A stretch of 64,000 nucleotides of DNA from an uncultured Collinsella sp. (GTDB taxonomy: Bacteria; Actinomycetota; Coriobacteriia; Coriobacteriales; Coriobacteriaceae), in the NCBI GenBank assembly GCA_902478835.1, contig CABSMU010000009.1, positions 2,214 to 66,213 of the forward strand, given 5' to 3'. The notes beneath the pieces are model-generated. The model was given only the letters and a program-made list of their open reading frames with translations. It made no database searches and had not been told where the DNA came from. Positions 19,241 through 30,260 of this stretch are shown piece after piece. Position numbers and translations under genes: made by a program. The stretch's first letter is position 1, and each line of letters starts with the position of its first letter.

Positions 19241-20611
19241 CTACGCCACACCGTCGCGGGCGAGCTCCTCGGCCAGCGCCTCGGCCGGCATGGCCATAAT
19301 CGTGTCGAGCTCGGCGTCCACCTCGGGAATGCGCTTCACCTTGAGCTTGCGTACCAGATCACCGCGACACATCACATGCGTCGGCTCACGCAGAGTGCAC
19401 AGGTCATCGAGCGGATTCTTGCGCGTCACCAGGATATCGGCGGCCTTGCCGCACTCGATCGTACCGGTCTCGCCGCCCAGCCCCAGCAGCTCGGCGTTGA
19501 CTTGCGTAGCCGTATGCAGCGCGAAGGCGTTACTCACACCGACATACTTGGCAAAATAGGCAACCTCGCGCCACATGTCGTACTGCGTCACGAACGGGCA
19601 GCTTGAGTCCGTGCCCAGGCCCACCTTAATGCCAGCTTCCAGTGCGGCACGGGCGCTCTCGATGATGCCCGAGCACACGATGTCGCCGTTCTTCTTTTGT
19701 GTATCGGTCGAATGGGTCTTTTCCGGGTCGAGCAATACAAACGGCAGCGCCGGGCTGATCGTGCAGGTCACGCTCGGCGCGCGTCCCTCGAGCTGCGTGC
19801 CCGCGGCGCCGCGATACAGCTCCAGGATCTCGGGCGTCATCGGGGCACCGTGCTCGATCGTGTCGACCCCGGCCTCAAGCGCGGCCTTCACGCCCTCGGT
19901 GCTCTCGACATGAGCCATAACCGGCAGGCCCACCTCGTGCGCCGCCTTGCACGCCGCCGCGGCAACCTCCACCGGCATACGCAGCACGCCCGGCTCGCCC
20001 ACCTCGGTCGCATCGAACACACCGCCCGTCACGAACAGCTTGATGACATCGGCACCGCGCGCATACAGGTCTCTCACCTGCTCGGCTGCCTCGACGGGGC
20101 TGTTGGCCACCTGGGCGAACAAGCCCGCGCCATGGCCGCCCGGCACCGTGACGCCCGTTCCCGGCGCTACCAGGCGCGGACCCCGATACTTGCCGGCGTC
20201 GATAGCGTCGCGCACGGCAATGTCGGCAAACAACGGGTCGCCCGCGCCGCGCACCGTGGTCACGCCGCTTGCCAGCTGCTGCTGGGCACTGCCCTTGAGG
20301 ATGCGGCGGACGATGGCACGGCCCACGGGATTATCGAGTTTCTTCATCAGCGCTCCCGCATCGCCGGCCGAGACAGGCTTGCCCGAGCCGCACAGGTGCA
20401 CGTGCATATTGATGAGACCGGGCATGAGATACGCGCCACCCAGGTCGATAACCTCGGCACCTGCAGGCGCCTGCGCCACAGCACTCGGCCCCATCCAGGT
20501 GATGACGCCGCGCTCAACAGTCACGGCCATATCGGGCTGCGGCTCCATATGCTCCGAACCATCCAGAATGGTCGCATTGATAAACAACGTGGAACGATCG
20601 GCAGATGCCAT
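19241..20611 (-). CDS. Amidohydrolase-superfamily metal-dependent hydrolase
   Basis: GLINMHVHL (HxH) motif and typical length. Start at ATG 20611 has a GGAGGAG RBS; the ORF track opens at 20662. Confidence 0.7.
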   Translation of the reverse strand: MASADRSTLFINATILDGSEHMEPQPDMAVTVERGVITWMGPSAVAQAPAGAEVIDLGGAYLMPGLINMHVHLCGSGKPVSAGDAGALMKKLDNPVGRAIVRRILKGSAQQQLASGVTTVRGAGDPLFADIAVRDAIDAGKYRGPRLVAPGTGVTVPGGHGAGLFAQVANSPVEAAEQVRDLYARGADVIKLFVTGGVFDATEVGEPGVLRMPVEVAAAACKAAHEVGLPVMAHVESTEGVKAALEAGVDTIEHGAPMTPEILELYRGAAGTQLEGRAPSVTCTISPALPFVLLDPEKTHSTDTQKKNGDIVCSGIIESARAALEAGIKVGLGTDSSCPFVTQYDMWREVAYFAKYVGVSNAFALHTATQVNAELLGLGGETGTIECGKAADILVTRKNPLDDLCTLREPTHVMCRGDLVRKLKVKRIPEVDAELDTIMAMPAEALAEELARDGVA

Positions 20612-20759
20612 ATCGAGCTCCTCCCTCACGATTAACTTGAACATTTGTCCATTATCACCCAATGCAGCGACCTAAAGTCGAGCATATCGGTTAACGGAGA
20701 AAAGGGAGGATATGGGGATAGAGAGGCCAGCACGGCGATGCCCCAGCCAGGTGCCAAAC

Positions 20760-20896
20760 GTCCTGATCTGTAACAGATAGACCGTCTTTAGCCTTCCAGA
20801 TGTTACAGATCGAGATCTTTTAACGGTAGCCAACCTTTTGTCTTGATCTGTAACAGTTACGAGGCCAAACGATCCCTTGTTGTTACAGATCGAGAC
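20760..20896. repeat. Array of 2 x 57-nt palindromic units, 80-bp period
   Basis: Units at 20760..20816 and 20840..20896. Confidence 0.9.
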
Positions 20897-20904
20897 AGTC
20901 CGCC

Positions 20905-21981
20905 TCAGCGCCCATACCACTGGCATCTCCACTCCTCAGCCAATTCAACCTGCCGAGGAATACCCGCCAGCCTCATTTTCTCGACTAGCTTCCCCGGGCC
21001 TTTGAGTTCGTTAAACGTAAACCGAAGCACCTTATGCCCGAGCATTGTCAGATGAGATTCCCGCTGACGCTCTGCCACGAATGGGTCAACCGACTCCCGA
21101 CCCTCGCCGCTCTGCAAGGTGTACTTCCCCTTTCCGTCGAGCTCGCCGATGACACACATCCCGTCCTCGAGCCGCCAAAAATAGTCGACACGAAACACCT
21201 GGCTCGGATCGAGCGGGTCGCGAAACTCCACCTGCAGCTCCGGAACCGGAAAGCCGTACGCAATAAAGAATGCTCGGAACCGAGACTCGCCGCCGTTTTC
21301 AGACAGCCCGTCCGCATACGACGCAATCACCTGTGCCCTGCGATACCCTCGCCTGCCCTCGCAATCGGCGCGGAGGCGCTCGCACAAATCCCCACGTGAT
21401 ACGCCTTTCGCCCGCAGTGCAGAATCGGCAATCGCCAACCCGTAGGAGAACGGCGCACGCAGTAGGCAATCCTCCACCATGCGCCAAAACGACGTCACCC
21501 GCACGCCATCAACATGCTCGAGTGCGCCCGCCATCTGCGGACGCAACAACCTGCACCCGCCGCTCAACGTCACCGAACAACCCGTCTTAACAAGAAAACG
21601 CGACCCAAGCAGATCATTCGGCACCTCCAGACCCCACAAAAGCGCCGCGTCATAACCCCAAAACGCCCAATCGGGATGAAACTCTGCAAGCCCTTTGATG
21701 GTACGCAGCGTTCGCTCCGCCGGCGTCAGTACACCCCAATCATGTTGAAAGCAGAACAAATACGGCTCGGGTTCCGCGATATCGTCGGTTCCAACATGAC
21801 GCCGCAGCCACATGAGCTCGGCATTGTCGTGTGTCACAAGCAGCACGCCTTGTTCAGCCGCCTCCGTGAGCCTGGCAAGCATCCTATTCCGCGCCAACGT
21901 GTTACGAGTCGTATGTTTGTGTTTGAGAACGGTATTAGGCACTTCCATCACCACCACATCGGACAAATGGACCATCGTCAC
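20905..21981 (-). CDS. Hypothetical protein with a C-terminal DUF559/Vsr-like (PD-(D/E)xK endonuclease-fold) domain
   Basis: C-terminus ESRFRAFFIAYGFPVPELQVEF...VDYFWRLEDGMCVIGELDGKGKY...ERQRESHLTMLGHKVLRFTFNEL resembles the DUF559 family common in Actinobacteria. The N-terminal part is unassigned. Confidence 0.55.
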   Translation of the reverse strand: MTMVHLSDVVVMEVPNTVLKHKHTTRNTLARNRMLARLTEAAEQGVLLVTHDNAELMWLRRHVGTDDIAEPEPYLFCFQHDWGVLTPAERTLRTIKGLAEFHPDWAFWGYDAALLWGLEVPNDLLGSRFLVKTGCSVTLSGGCRLLRPQMAGALEHVDGVRVTSFWRMVEDCLLRAPFSYGLAIADSALRAKGVSRGDLCERLRADCEGRRGYRRAQVIASYADGLSENGGESRFRAFFIAYGFPVPELQVEFRDPLDPSQVFRVDYFWRLEDGMCVIGELDGKGKYTLQSGEGRESVDPFVAERQRESHLTMLGHKVLRFTFNELKGPGKLVEKMRLAGIPRQVELAEEWRCQWYGR

Positions 21982-22001
21982 CGTTGCCTCCGCTGATAAA
22001 T

Positions 22002-22219
22002 GTCTTGATCTGTAACAGGAAGACCGATTTTTGGACTGTAGATGTTACAGATTGAGACATTCCCCCCAGCCAGGTGCCAAACGTCTCGATCTGTAACAGT
22101 TAGACGTTCTCCAGGCCCCTAAACGTTACAGATTTAGACAAACCAGCGGCGCCCAAGCATTCGTCTCGTTCTGTAACAGGTAGACCGGTTTTTTGCCCCC
22201 AAACGTTACAGATCGAGAC
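22002..22219. repeat. Array of 3 x 57-nt palindromic units, 80-81-bp period
   Basis: Units at 22002..22058, 22083..22139 and 22163..22219. Confidence 0.9.
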
Positions 22220-22259
22220 AAAAAGGCAAAAGGCAAGGCAGGCGACAACTACCCATCCC

Positions 22260-22967
22260 CTACTCCCACTCCTGCTCGTAGATATTGAGCGACTTTACGT
22301 ACCGCCCCTGGGCGCCCATGATGTCGCGGACCAGACGCAAGAAGAAGCTGATGCACGAGGTGTCAAAGCCGTCCTGCAGGTCCTCCGGATGCACCGCACC
22401 CGGCCCATCGACCGCCGTATCGCTCAGCCGCGCGATGTCATACAGGTAGAGCTGTCCCGCCGTAAGCCAGACATCGTCGACGCAGGCGAGGCGCACCGCA
22501 ATCGCGCCGTCACTCCAGTGCTCCTTCTGCACGATATGCGGATCGTAGACATCAAAGCGATGATCGGTGCGCGTGTCCTTCAGCACGACCATGCCGGACG
22601 CAGGATTCTTGTCCAAAATGCCAAAGCGCGAGAAATACTGCGTGTCGCGTACCTGCTCGAGCCGCTTGAGCGAGGCAGACGAAAGCGATGCCGGCGGCTC
22701 GTCAACATATAGCTCGAGCAGCGTTTTGCCATGGCGATAGGGGCGCTCAAACAGCAGCCAATCGGTAAACGCCATGTTGTAGGCCATGATTTCGTTTTGC
22801 GAAGGCTCAGTGCAATAGCTGAGCCACGGGTCGACAATAATCTCGAACTGTTCGCGCGCCGGCTCCAGGAATTGAAACTTCCGCAGCATCCAAAAGTGAG
22901 CCATGTCGGCAATATCGTTGCCGACGGCTTCAGCCAGCTCTGCTCGGTCAAAAGCGTGGTCAATCAT
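22260..22967 (-). CDS. Hypothetical protein
   Basis: 235-aa ORF with coding-like composition. I recognise no motif. Confidence 0.5.
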   Translation of the reverse strand: MIDHAFDRAELAEAVGNDIADMAHFWMLRKFQFLEPAREQFEIIVDPWLSYCTEPSQNEIMAYNMAFTDWLLFERPYRHGKTLLELYVDEPPASLSSASLKRLEQVRDTQYFSRFGILDKNPASGMVVLKDTRTDHRFDVYDPHIVQKEHWSDGAIAVRLACVDDVWLTAGQLYLYDIARLSDTAVDGPGAVHPEDLQDGFDTSCISFFLRLVRDIMGAQGRYVKSLNIYEQEWE

Positions 22968-23280
22968 GGCATCCTCCTCAAACTGATGGACCTCAATTTG
23001 AGCTTACGAGGAGGGTGGGCAGCCACGACCAGCACGGGCAAAATAGGCCTCCGGCTGCAAACCAGATGCTGACCAAACACTTGACGAAAAGCTTGACCGA
23101 AAATGCGCGCCGCAACAAAACCGCAGGTAAACATCGACGGCCAACCCGCCCTTTTGAGCCAGATGCCCGCAGCCACCACAGAAACAACAGGTGACTGCAG
23201 CCCAAGAAGTCGACAAATGAACACCCGTACGTCGACAAACGAGCAAACTGCTCGCAAATCCGCAAGGAGTGTCCCCGAAT

Positions 23281-23340
23281 GCCGACAGAAAAGGAACGTC
23301 CCTAACTGTCGGCACTTAGGGACGTTCCTTTTGTGCCGGC
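23281..23340. repeat. Hairpin of the GGAACGTCCC repeat family
   Basis: CCGACAGAAAAGGAACGTCCCTAA-N10-TTAGGGACGTTCCTTTTGTGCCGG (22/24 complementary). Half copies lie at 7703..7728 and 57630..57653. Confidence 0.8.
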
Positions 23341-23391
23341 AGTTAGGGACAGCCCTTGCCGATTCGATTGTTGAATATCTCCGTGACTACT

Positions 23392-24873
<1,482 letters not shown>

Positions 24874-24878
24874 GGCAC

Positions 24879-27800
24879 TTACGCCTCCTTCTTGGTCGAA
24901 GCAACAGAGCTGGCGGCGGGCACAGCACCAGCGACACCACCCGCCACATCGAAGCGAGCGACATCCGCGGCACTCGCGCGACCGGTCACAATGTCAAACG
25001 CCAGCTCCTCGGCCTGCGCATGCGTCTTGCCGACGGCCTCGGCGGCGGCGACAATCGCCAGCACGCGCTCATACTCGGTCGGAATGACCTTCACAAAGTG
25101 CTTACTCATCGTCTCAAAGCTGTAGAGCAGCTTGATGCCGCGTGGGCTCTGTGTCGCGTCCACGTGCTCCTGGATGAGCTCGCGAATCTGCGCCAGCTCG
25201 CCGGCCGTCGGGGCCTTGAGCTCAACGCTCTCGTGGTTCACGCGGGCATCGAGCGTGCCGTACTGGTCAAAGACATAGGCCACGCCACCCGTCATGCCGG
25301 CGGCAAAGTTCTGCCCGACCTCGCCCAGGATGAGCGCCAGGCCGCCCGTCATGTACTCACAGCCGTGGTTGCCGCAGCCCTCGACCACCACGGTGGCACC
25401 GGAGTTGCGCACGCCAAAGCGCTGGCCGGCCAGGCCGTTGATGAAGCCACGGCCGCTCGTGGCGCCAAAGAACGCAACGTTGCCCACGATGATGTTTTCG
25501 TCGAACTTATAGGTCGCATGCGGGTTGGGGCGCACCGACACCTCGCCGCCCGAAAGGCCCTTGCCAAAGTAGTCGTTGGCGTCGCCGCACACGTTGAGCG
25601 TAATGCCGCGCGGCAGGAAGGCGCCAAAGCTCTGACCGGCCGATCCATCGCAATCGATGGTGATGGAGCCGGCGGGCAGGCCCTCGGGATGTGCCTTGGT
25701 CACCGCGTTACCCAGGATGGTGCCCACGCAGCGGTTGACGTTGGCGATATCGGCGCGGAAGCGAATCGGACGCAGATGTGCGCGGGCGTCGGCCGTGTAG
25801 GGCACGAACAGCGTGGAGTCGAGCGTCTTGTCGAGCTCGCTGTCCGCGGCCATCTGCGGCAGGAAGTGACGACCGTCGGCACCCGGGATGTGGGCACCAA
25901 ACTCACAGGTCGCACTTGCCAGCACGGGCGACAGATCGAGCAGGTTGGCCTTACGGTTGCCCGGGACCTCGATCTGGCGCAAGCACTCGGGATGGCCGAC
26001 CATCTCGTCGACGGTGCGGAAGCCCAGGCTCGCCATGACCTCGCGCAGCTGCTCGGCAACAAAGAGCATAAAGCGCTCGACGTGCTCGGGCTTGCCGCGG
26101 AAGCCGCGACGCAGGCGGCAGTTTTGCGTGGCGATGCCGGCGGGGCAGGTATCCTGCTGGCAGTCGCGCTGCATGAGGCAGCCCATCGAGATGAGCGGCA
26201 TGGTCGCAAAGCCAAACTCCTCGGCGCCCAGCAGGCAGGCGACGGCAACATCGGTGCCGTCCATGAGCTTGCCGTCAGCCTCGAGCACCACGCGTGAGCG
26301 CAGGCCGTTTTGCAGCAGCGTCTGTTGAGCCTCGGCAAGACCGAGCTCCAGCGGCAGACCGGCGTGCCAGATAGAGTCGCGCGCAGCGGCACCCGAGCCG
26401 CCGTTGTGGCCGCTGATCAAGATCTTGTCGGCAGCACCCTTGGCCACACCGGTGGCGATGGTGCCGACGCCCGCCTCACTGACCAGCTTGACCGACACGC
26501 GCGCGCCGGGGTTGGCGTTCTTAAGGTCGAAGATGAGCTCGGCCAGGTCCTCGATAGAGTAGATGTCGTGGTGCGGCGGTGGCGAGATCAGGCCGATGCC
26601 GGGCGTGGACTGACGGACCTCGGCGATCCAGGGGTAGACCTTCTTGCCGGGTAGGTGACCGCCCTCGCCAGGCTTGGCGCCCTGGGCCATCTTAATCTGA
26701 ATCTCGAAGGCGCTGCAAAGATAGCGGCTCGTCACGCCAAAGCGCGCGCTTGCCACCTGCTTGATCGCGGAGTTCTTGGAGTCGCCGTTGGCCAGCGGGG
26801 TCTCGCGACGCGGGTCCTCGCCGCCCTCGCCCGAGTTGGAGCGTCCGTGCAGGCGGTTCATAGCGATAGCCATGCACTCGTGCGCCTCTTTGCTGATGGA
26901 GCCGTACGACATGGCGCCGGTGTTAAAGCGGCGGACGATGTTGAGCGCGGGCTCGACCTCGTCGAGCGAAACCGGCGTGCGGCCGCTGGCATCAAAGTCG
27001 AGCAAGTCGCGCAGGCGCACGGCACGGCCGGTACGGTGCAGACGGGCGCTGTACTCCTTAAAGGTGTCGTAGCTGTCCTCACGGCAGGCGGTCTGCAGCA
27101 AGTAGACAGTCTGAGGGTCGATCAGGTGATCCTCGCCGCCGAGCGGGCGCCACTTGGTCAGACCCAGCGTGGGCAGCTGATCGGGAGCCGGGCTCTTAAG
27201 GATGGCGAGCGCGGCGTCGTAGCGCTCGTTTTGCTCGCGCTCAACGTCCTCGACACCCATACCGCCCACACGGCTCACCGTGCCGGCGAAGTACGCGTTG
27301 ACGAACTCCGGCGTAAAGCCCACGGCCTCGAAGATCTGCGCCGAATGGTAGCTCTGCACCGTGGAGATGCCCATCTTGGACATGATGGAGACGATGCCGG
27401 CGGTCGCAGCCTTGTTGTAGTTGGCGATGCCCTGCTCGGCCGTCACGTCCAGGTCGCCGTGCGCCGCCAGATCGCGGATGCACGCATGTGCGTTGTACGG
27501 ATAGATGCCGCTCGCGGAGTAGCCCACCAGTGCCGCAAAGTCGTGCGGAGACACGGCGTCGCCGCACTCCACCACGATATCGGCAAAGGTACGCACGCCG
27601 GCGCGGATCAGGTGGTTGTGCACGCAGCCCACGGCGAGCAGCGAGGGCACAGGGACCTCGCCCACCGCAGCACGGTCGCTCAGCACCACAATGTTCACGC
27701 CGTCGCGGACCGCGGCCTCGACGTCCTCGGCAAGCTGTTTGAGCGCAGCCTGCAGCGCGCCCTCACCCGCATCACGGCGGTAGACGGCACGGAACCGGCG

Positions 27801-29573
27801 GGTCTTAAAGCCAACACGGTCGATGGCACAAATGCGGTCAAACTCCCCCTCGTTGAGCAGCGGGCGCTCCAGACGCACCAGCTGGCAGGCCGTGCGGGAA
27901 TCCTCGAGCAGGTTGCCGTGGTTGCCCAGGTAGAGCGTGGTCGAAGTCACCATGTGCTCGCGCAGGGCATCGATCGGAGGATTCGTGACCTGAGCGAACA
28001 GCTGATAGAAGTAGTCAAAGAACGAGCGCGTCTTCTTGGACAGGCAGGCCAGCGGCGCATCGATACCCATCGAGGCGAGCGGGGCCTTGCCCTGCTGGGC
28101 CATGGGGCGCACGACCTCGTCAACATCATCCCAGTGATAGCCGAGCTTGGCCATGCGCACGGCGGCGGGCACCTCGGCGTCCTCGGCGGGCGCGGGCGCG
28201 GCGGGCTTGTCGAGCGCGTCGACGGTCAGCGTCTCCTCGGCAATCCAATCACGGTAGGGCTTTTCCTTGGCGTAGCGGGCGCGCAGCTCGTCGTTGTAGA
28301 TCACGCGGCCGCGGGCAAAGTCGACCTCGAGCATCTGGCCCGGTCCCAGACAGCCGCTCGTCAGGATGTTCTCGGGGCGCACCTCGATGGTGCCAACCTC
28401 GCTCGCCAGCATAAAGCGGCCGTCGCGCGTCACGTAGTAGCGAGCGGGGCGCAGGCCGTTACGGTCGAGGGCGGCACCCAGGGTACGGCCGTCGGTAAAG
28501 GCGATGGCCGCCGGACCGTCCCACGGCTCCATGAGCATGGACTGGTAGGCGTCGTAGGCGCGGCGCTCCTCACTCAGGTTATCGTTGTGGTCCCACGGCT
28601 CGGGCAGCAGCATGGACGCGGCACGCGTGAGCGGACGACCGTTCATGACCAAGAATTCAAGCACGTTGTCCAAAATCGCGGAGTCGGAGCCCTCGCGGTT
28701 GATGATGGGCATCACGCGCTCAAGATCGTGCTGCAGCACGGGGCTGTACAGGTTGGGTTCGCGGGCGCGAATCCAGTTGACGTTGCCCTTGAGGGTGTTG
28801 ATCTCGCCGTTGTGGATGATAAAACGGTTGGGGTGCGCGCGCTCCCAGCTGGGCGTGGTGTTGGTGGAGTAGCGCGAGTGGACGAGCGCCGCGGCCGTTT
28901 TGACGGCGGCGTCGTTGAGGTCGATGAAGAAGCGGCGCATCTGCGTGGCCACAAGCATGCCCTTGTACACGATGGTGCGCGAGCTCATGGAGCACACATA
29001 GAAGATCTTGTCGCGCAGGGCAAACTCGGCGTCGGCCTTCTTTTCGATGGTGCGGCGGCACACGTACAGGCGACGCTCGAAGGCATCGCCGGCGGGCGTG
29101 TCGTCGGGGCGGCCCAGGAAGGCCTGCAGGATAGTGGGCATGCAGGCACGCGCCGTCTCACCCAGGTCGTGCGGATCGACCGGCACCTCACGCCAAAAGA
29201 GCAGCGGCACGCCGGCCTCGGCGCAACCCTCCTCAAACACGCGGCGGGCATCCTCTACGCCCTTGTCATCCTGCGGAAAGAACAGCATGGCGACACCATA
29301 GTCGCCCTCTGCCGGCAGAATCTGGCCGCACTTTTGGGCCTCTTTACGGAAAAAGTGATGCGGAACCTGGAACAGGATACCGGCACCGTCGCCGGTATTC
29401 TTCTCGAGTCCCGTGCCGCCGCGGTGCTCCAAGTTAACCAGAATGGACAGCGCGTCATCCAGAATCTGGTGATGGCGCTCACCGTTGATATCGGCAAGCG
29501 CGCCGATGCCACATGCATCATGGTCGAATTCGGGGCGATAAAGGCCCTGCTGCTGAGCGGAATCTGCCTGCAT
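24879..29573 (-). CDS. gltB: Glutamate synthase large subunit
   Basis: 1564 aa. N-terminal amidotransferase domain (HDACGIGALADI), FMN/3Fe-4S central domain and GXGXG C-terminal domain. Confidence 0.95.
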   Translation of the reverse strand: MQADSAQQQGLYRPEFDHDACGIGALADINGERHHQILDDALSILVNLEHRGGTGLEKNTGDGAGILFQVPHHFFRKEAQKCGQILPAEGDYGVAMLFFPQDDKGVEDARRVFEEGCAEAGVPLLFWREVPVDPHDLGETARACMPTILQAFLGRPDDTPAGDAFERRLYVCRRTIEKKADAEFALRDKIFYVCSMSSRTIVYKGMLVATQMRRFFIDLNDAAVKTAAALVHSRYSTNTTPSWERAHPNRFIIHNGEINTLKGNVNWIRAREPNLYSPVLQHDLERVMPIINREGSDSAILDNVLEFLVMNGRPLTRAASMLLPEPWDHNDNLSEERRAYDAYQSMLMEPWDGPAAIAFTDGRTLGAALDRNGLRPARYYVTRDGRFMLASEVGTIEVRPENILTSGCLGPGQMLEVDFARGRVIYNDELRARYAKEKPYRDWIAEETLTVDALDKPAAPAPAEDAEVPAAVRMAKLGYHWDDVDEVVRPMAQQGKAPLASMGIDAPLACLSKKTRSFFDYFYQLFAQVTNPPIDALREHMVTSTTLYLGNHGNLLEDSRTACQLVRLERPLLNEGEFDRICAIDRVGFKTRRFRAVYRRDAGEGALQAALKQLAEDVEAAVRDGVNIVVLSDRAAVGEVPVPSLLAVGCVHNHLIRAGVRTFADIVVECGDAVSPHDFAALVGYSASGIYPYNAHACIRDLAAHGDLDVTAEQGIANYNKAATAGIVSIMSKMGISTVQSYHSAQIFEAVGFTPEFVNAYFAGTVSRVGGMGVEDVEREQNERYDAALAILKSPAPDQLPTLGLTKWRPLGGEDHLIDPQTVYLLQTACREDSYDTFKEYSARLHRTGRAVRLRDLLDFDASGRTPVSLDEVEPALNIVRRFNTGAMSYGSISKEAHECMAIAMNRLHGRSNSGEGGEDPRRETPLANGDSKNSAIKQVASARFGVTSRYLCSAFEIQIKMAQGAKPGEGGHLPGKKVYPWIAEVRQSTPGIGLISPPPHHDIYSIEDLAELIFDLKNANPGARVSVKLVSEAGVGTIATGVAKGAADKILISGHNGGSGAAARDSIWHAGLPLELGLAEAQQTLLQNGLRSRVVLEADGKLMDGTDVAVACLLGAEEFGFATMPLISMGCLMQRDCQQDTCPAGIATQNCRLRRGFRGKPEHVERFMLFVAEQLREVMASLGFRTVDEMVGHPECLRQIEVPGNRKANLLDLSPVLASATCEFGAHIPGADGRHFLPQMAADSELDKTLDSTLFVPYTADARAHLRPIRFRADIANVNRCVGTILGNAVTKAHPEGLPAGSITIDCDGSAGQSFGAFLPRGITLNVCGDANDYFGKGLSGGEVSVRPNPHATYKFDENIIVGNVAFFGATSGRGFINGLAGQRFGVRNSGATVVVEGCGNHGCEYMTGGLALILGEVGQNFAAGMTGGVAYVFDQYGTLDARVNHESVELKAPTAGELAQIRELIQEHVDATQSPRGIKLLYSFETMSKHFVKVIPTEYERVLAIVAAAEAVGKTHAQAEELAFDIVTGRASAADVARFDVAGGVAGAVPAASSVASTKKEA

Positions 29574-29701
29574 CGCGATCCTCCCCTAGATATTAGACAG
29601 TCAGTTGAATAGGCATACTAGGAGCATCGCCGGCCCGTTGTGTTTCCCACCCGTTTCGAAACAATCGCGTAACGCACGCCGGCCATCAACGTCTTGCTAT
29701 C

Positions 29702-29766
29702 AAACGTGTACGTCAGCCTCCAAACATGTCGAAATTTGACATCTTTGGAGGCTGACGTACACGTTT
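29702..29766. repeat. 65-nt near-perfect palindrome upstream of gltB
   Basis: AAACGTGTACGTCAGCCTCCAAA-c-ATGTC-gaaattt-GACAT-c-TTTGGAGGCTGACGTACACGTTT. The outer arms are 23 bp and perfect; the inner arms are 5 bp. Confidence 0.9.
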
Positions 29767-29922
29767 TAGTGCAGGGACAGCCGGCACATATGCATCCAAC
29801 CCCTTTGAATTATTCTGGAAACGAGGGCCACGCAGACTTTTGCATGATGCGACTCGACACCGCAGATCTCAAGGGCGGCAACAAGGCGCCCAAGTTCGGC
29901 TTGTAAGCTCACCGCTTCAAAC

Positions 29923-30139
29923 ATCTCAATCTGTAACAGGAGGAACCGATTTTGGCGCCTAGATGTTACAGATTGAGATTTTCTGCGGGACGGTTTTGGC
30001 TTGTCTCGATCTGTAACACGAAGGGCCGGTTTTGGCGGCAAACTGTTACAGATCGAGACATTCCATAGAACCATTTCTTCCTGTCTCGATCTGTAACACC
30101 TAGGCCCAATTTCCATCCCTAGTTGTTACAGATCGAGAC
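29923..30139. repeat. Array of 3 x 57-nt palindromic units, 80-bp period
   Basis: Units at 29923..29979, 30003..30059 and 30083..30139. Confidence 0.9.
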
Positions 30140-30260
30140 ATTTCGGCAGCCCCCTTTCACCATCCCATTCAATACAACAATTTTGTTAGTCTTGGTTAAC
30201 TTTTTGGCCTAAAACGGGTATCCTTTGCGGCGTCAAGTAAACGGCACGCAGGAGCGCACC

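Noticed and set aside
29694-30116. ORFs 29694..29906 (+) and 29766..30116 (-) crossing the gltB palindrome and the repeat array
   Set aside because: They run through non-coding palindromic repeats. Their products have no motifs and no RBS.
30140-30260. Mn riboswitch (yybP-ykoY) or a DtxR/MntR operator upstream of mntH
   Set aside because: No riboswitch-like conserved core was seen. TTAGTCTTGGTTAACT and TTTTGGCCTAAAA are only weak partial dyads compared with the DtxR/IdeR box, which is too weak to call.
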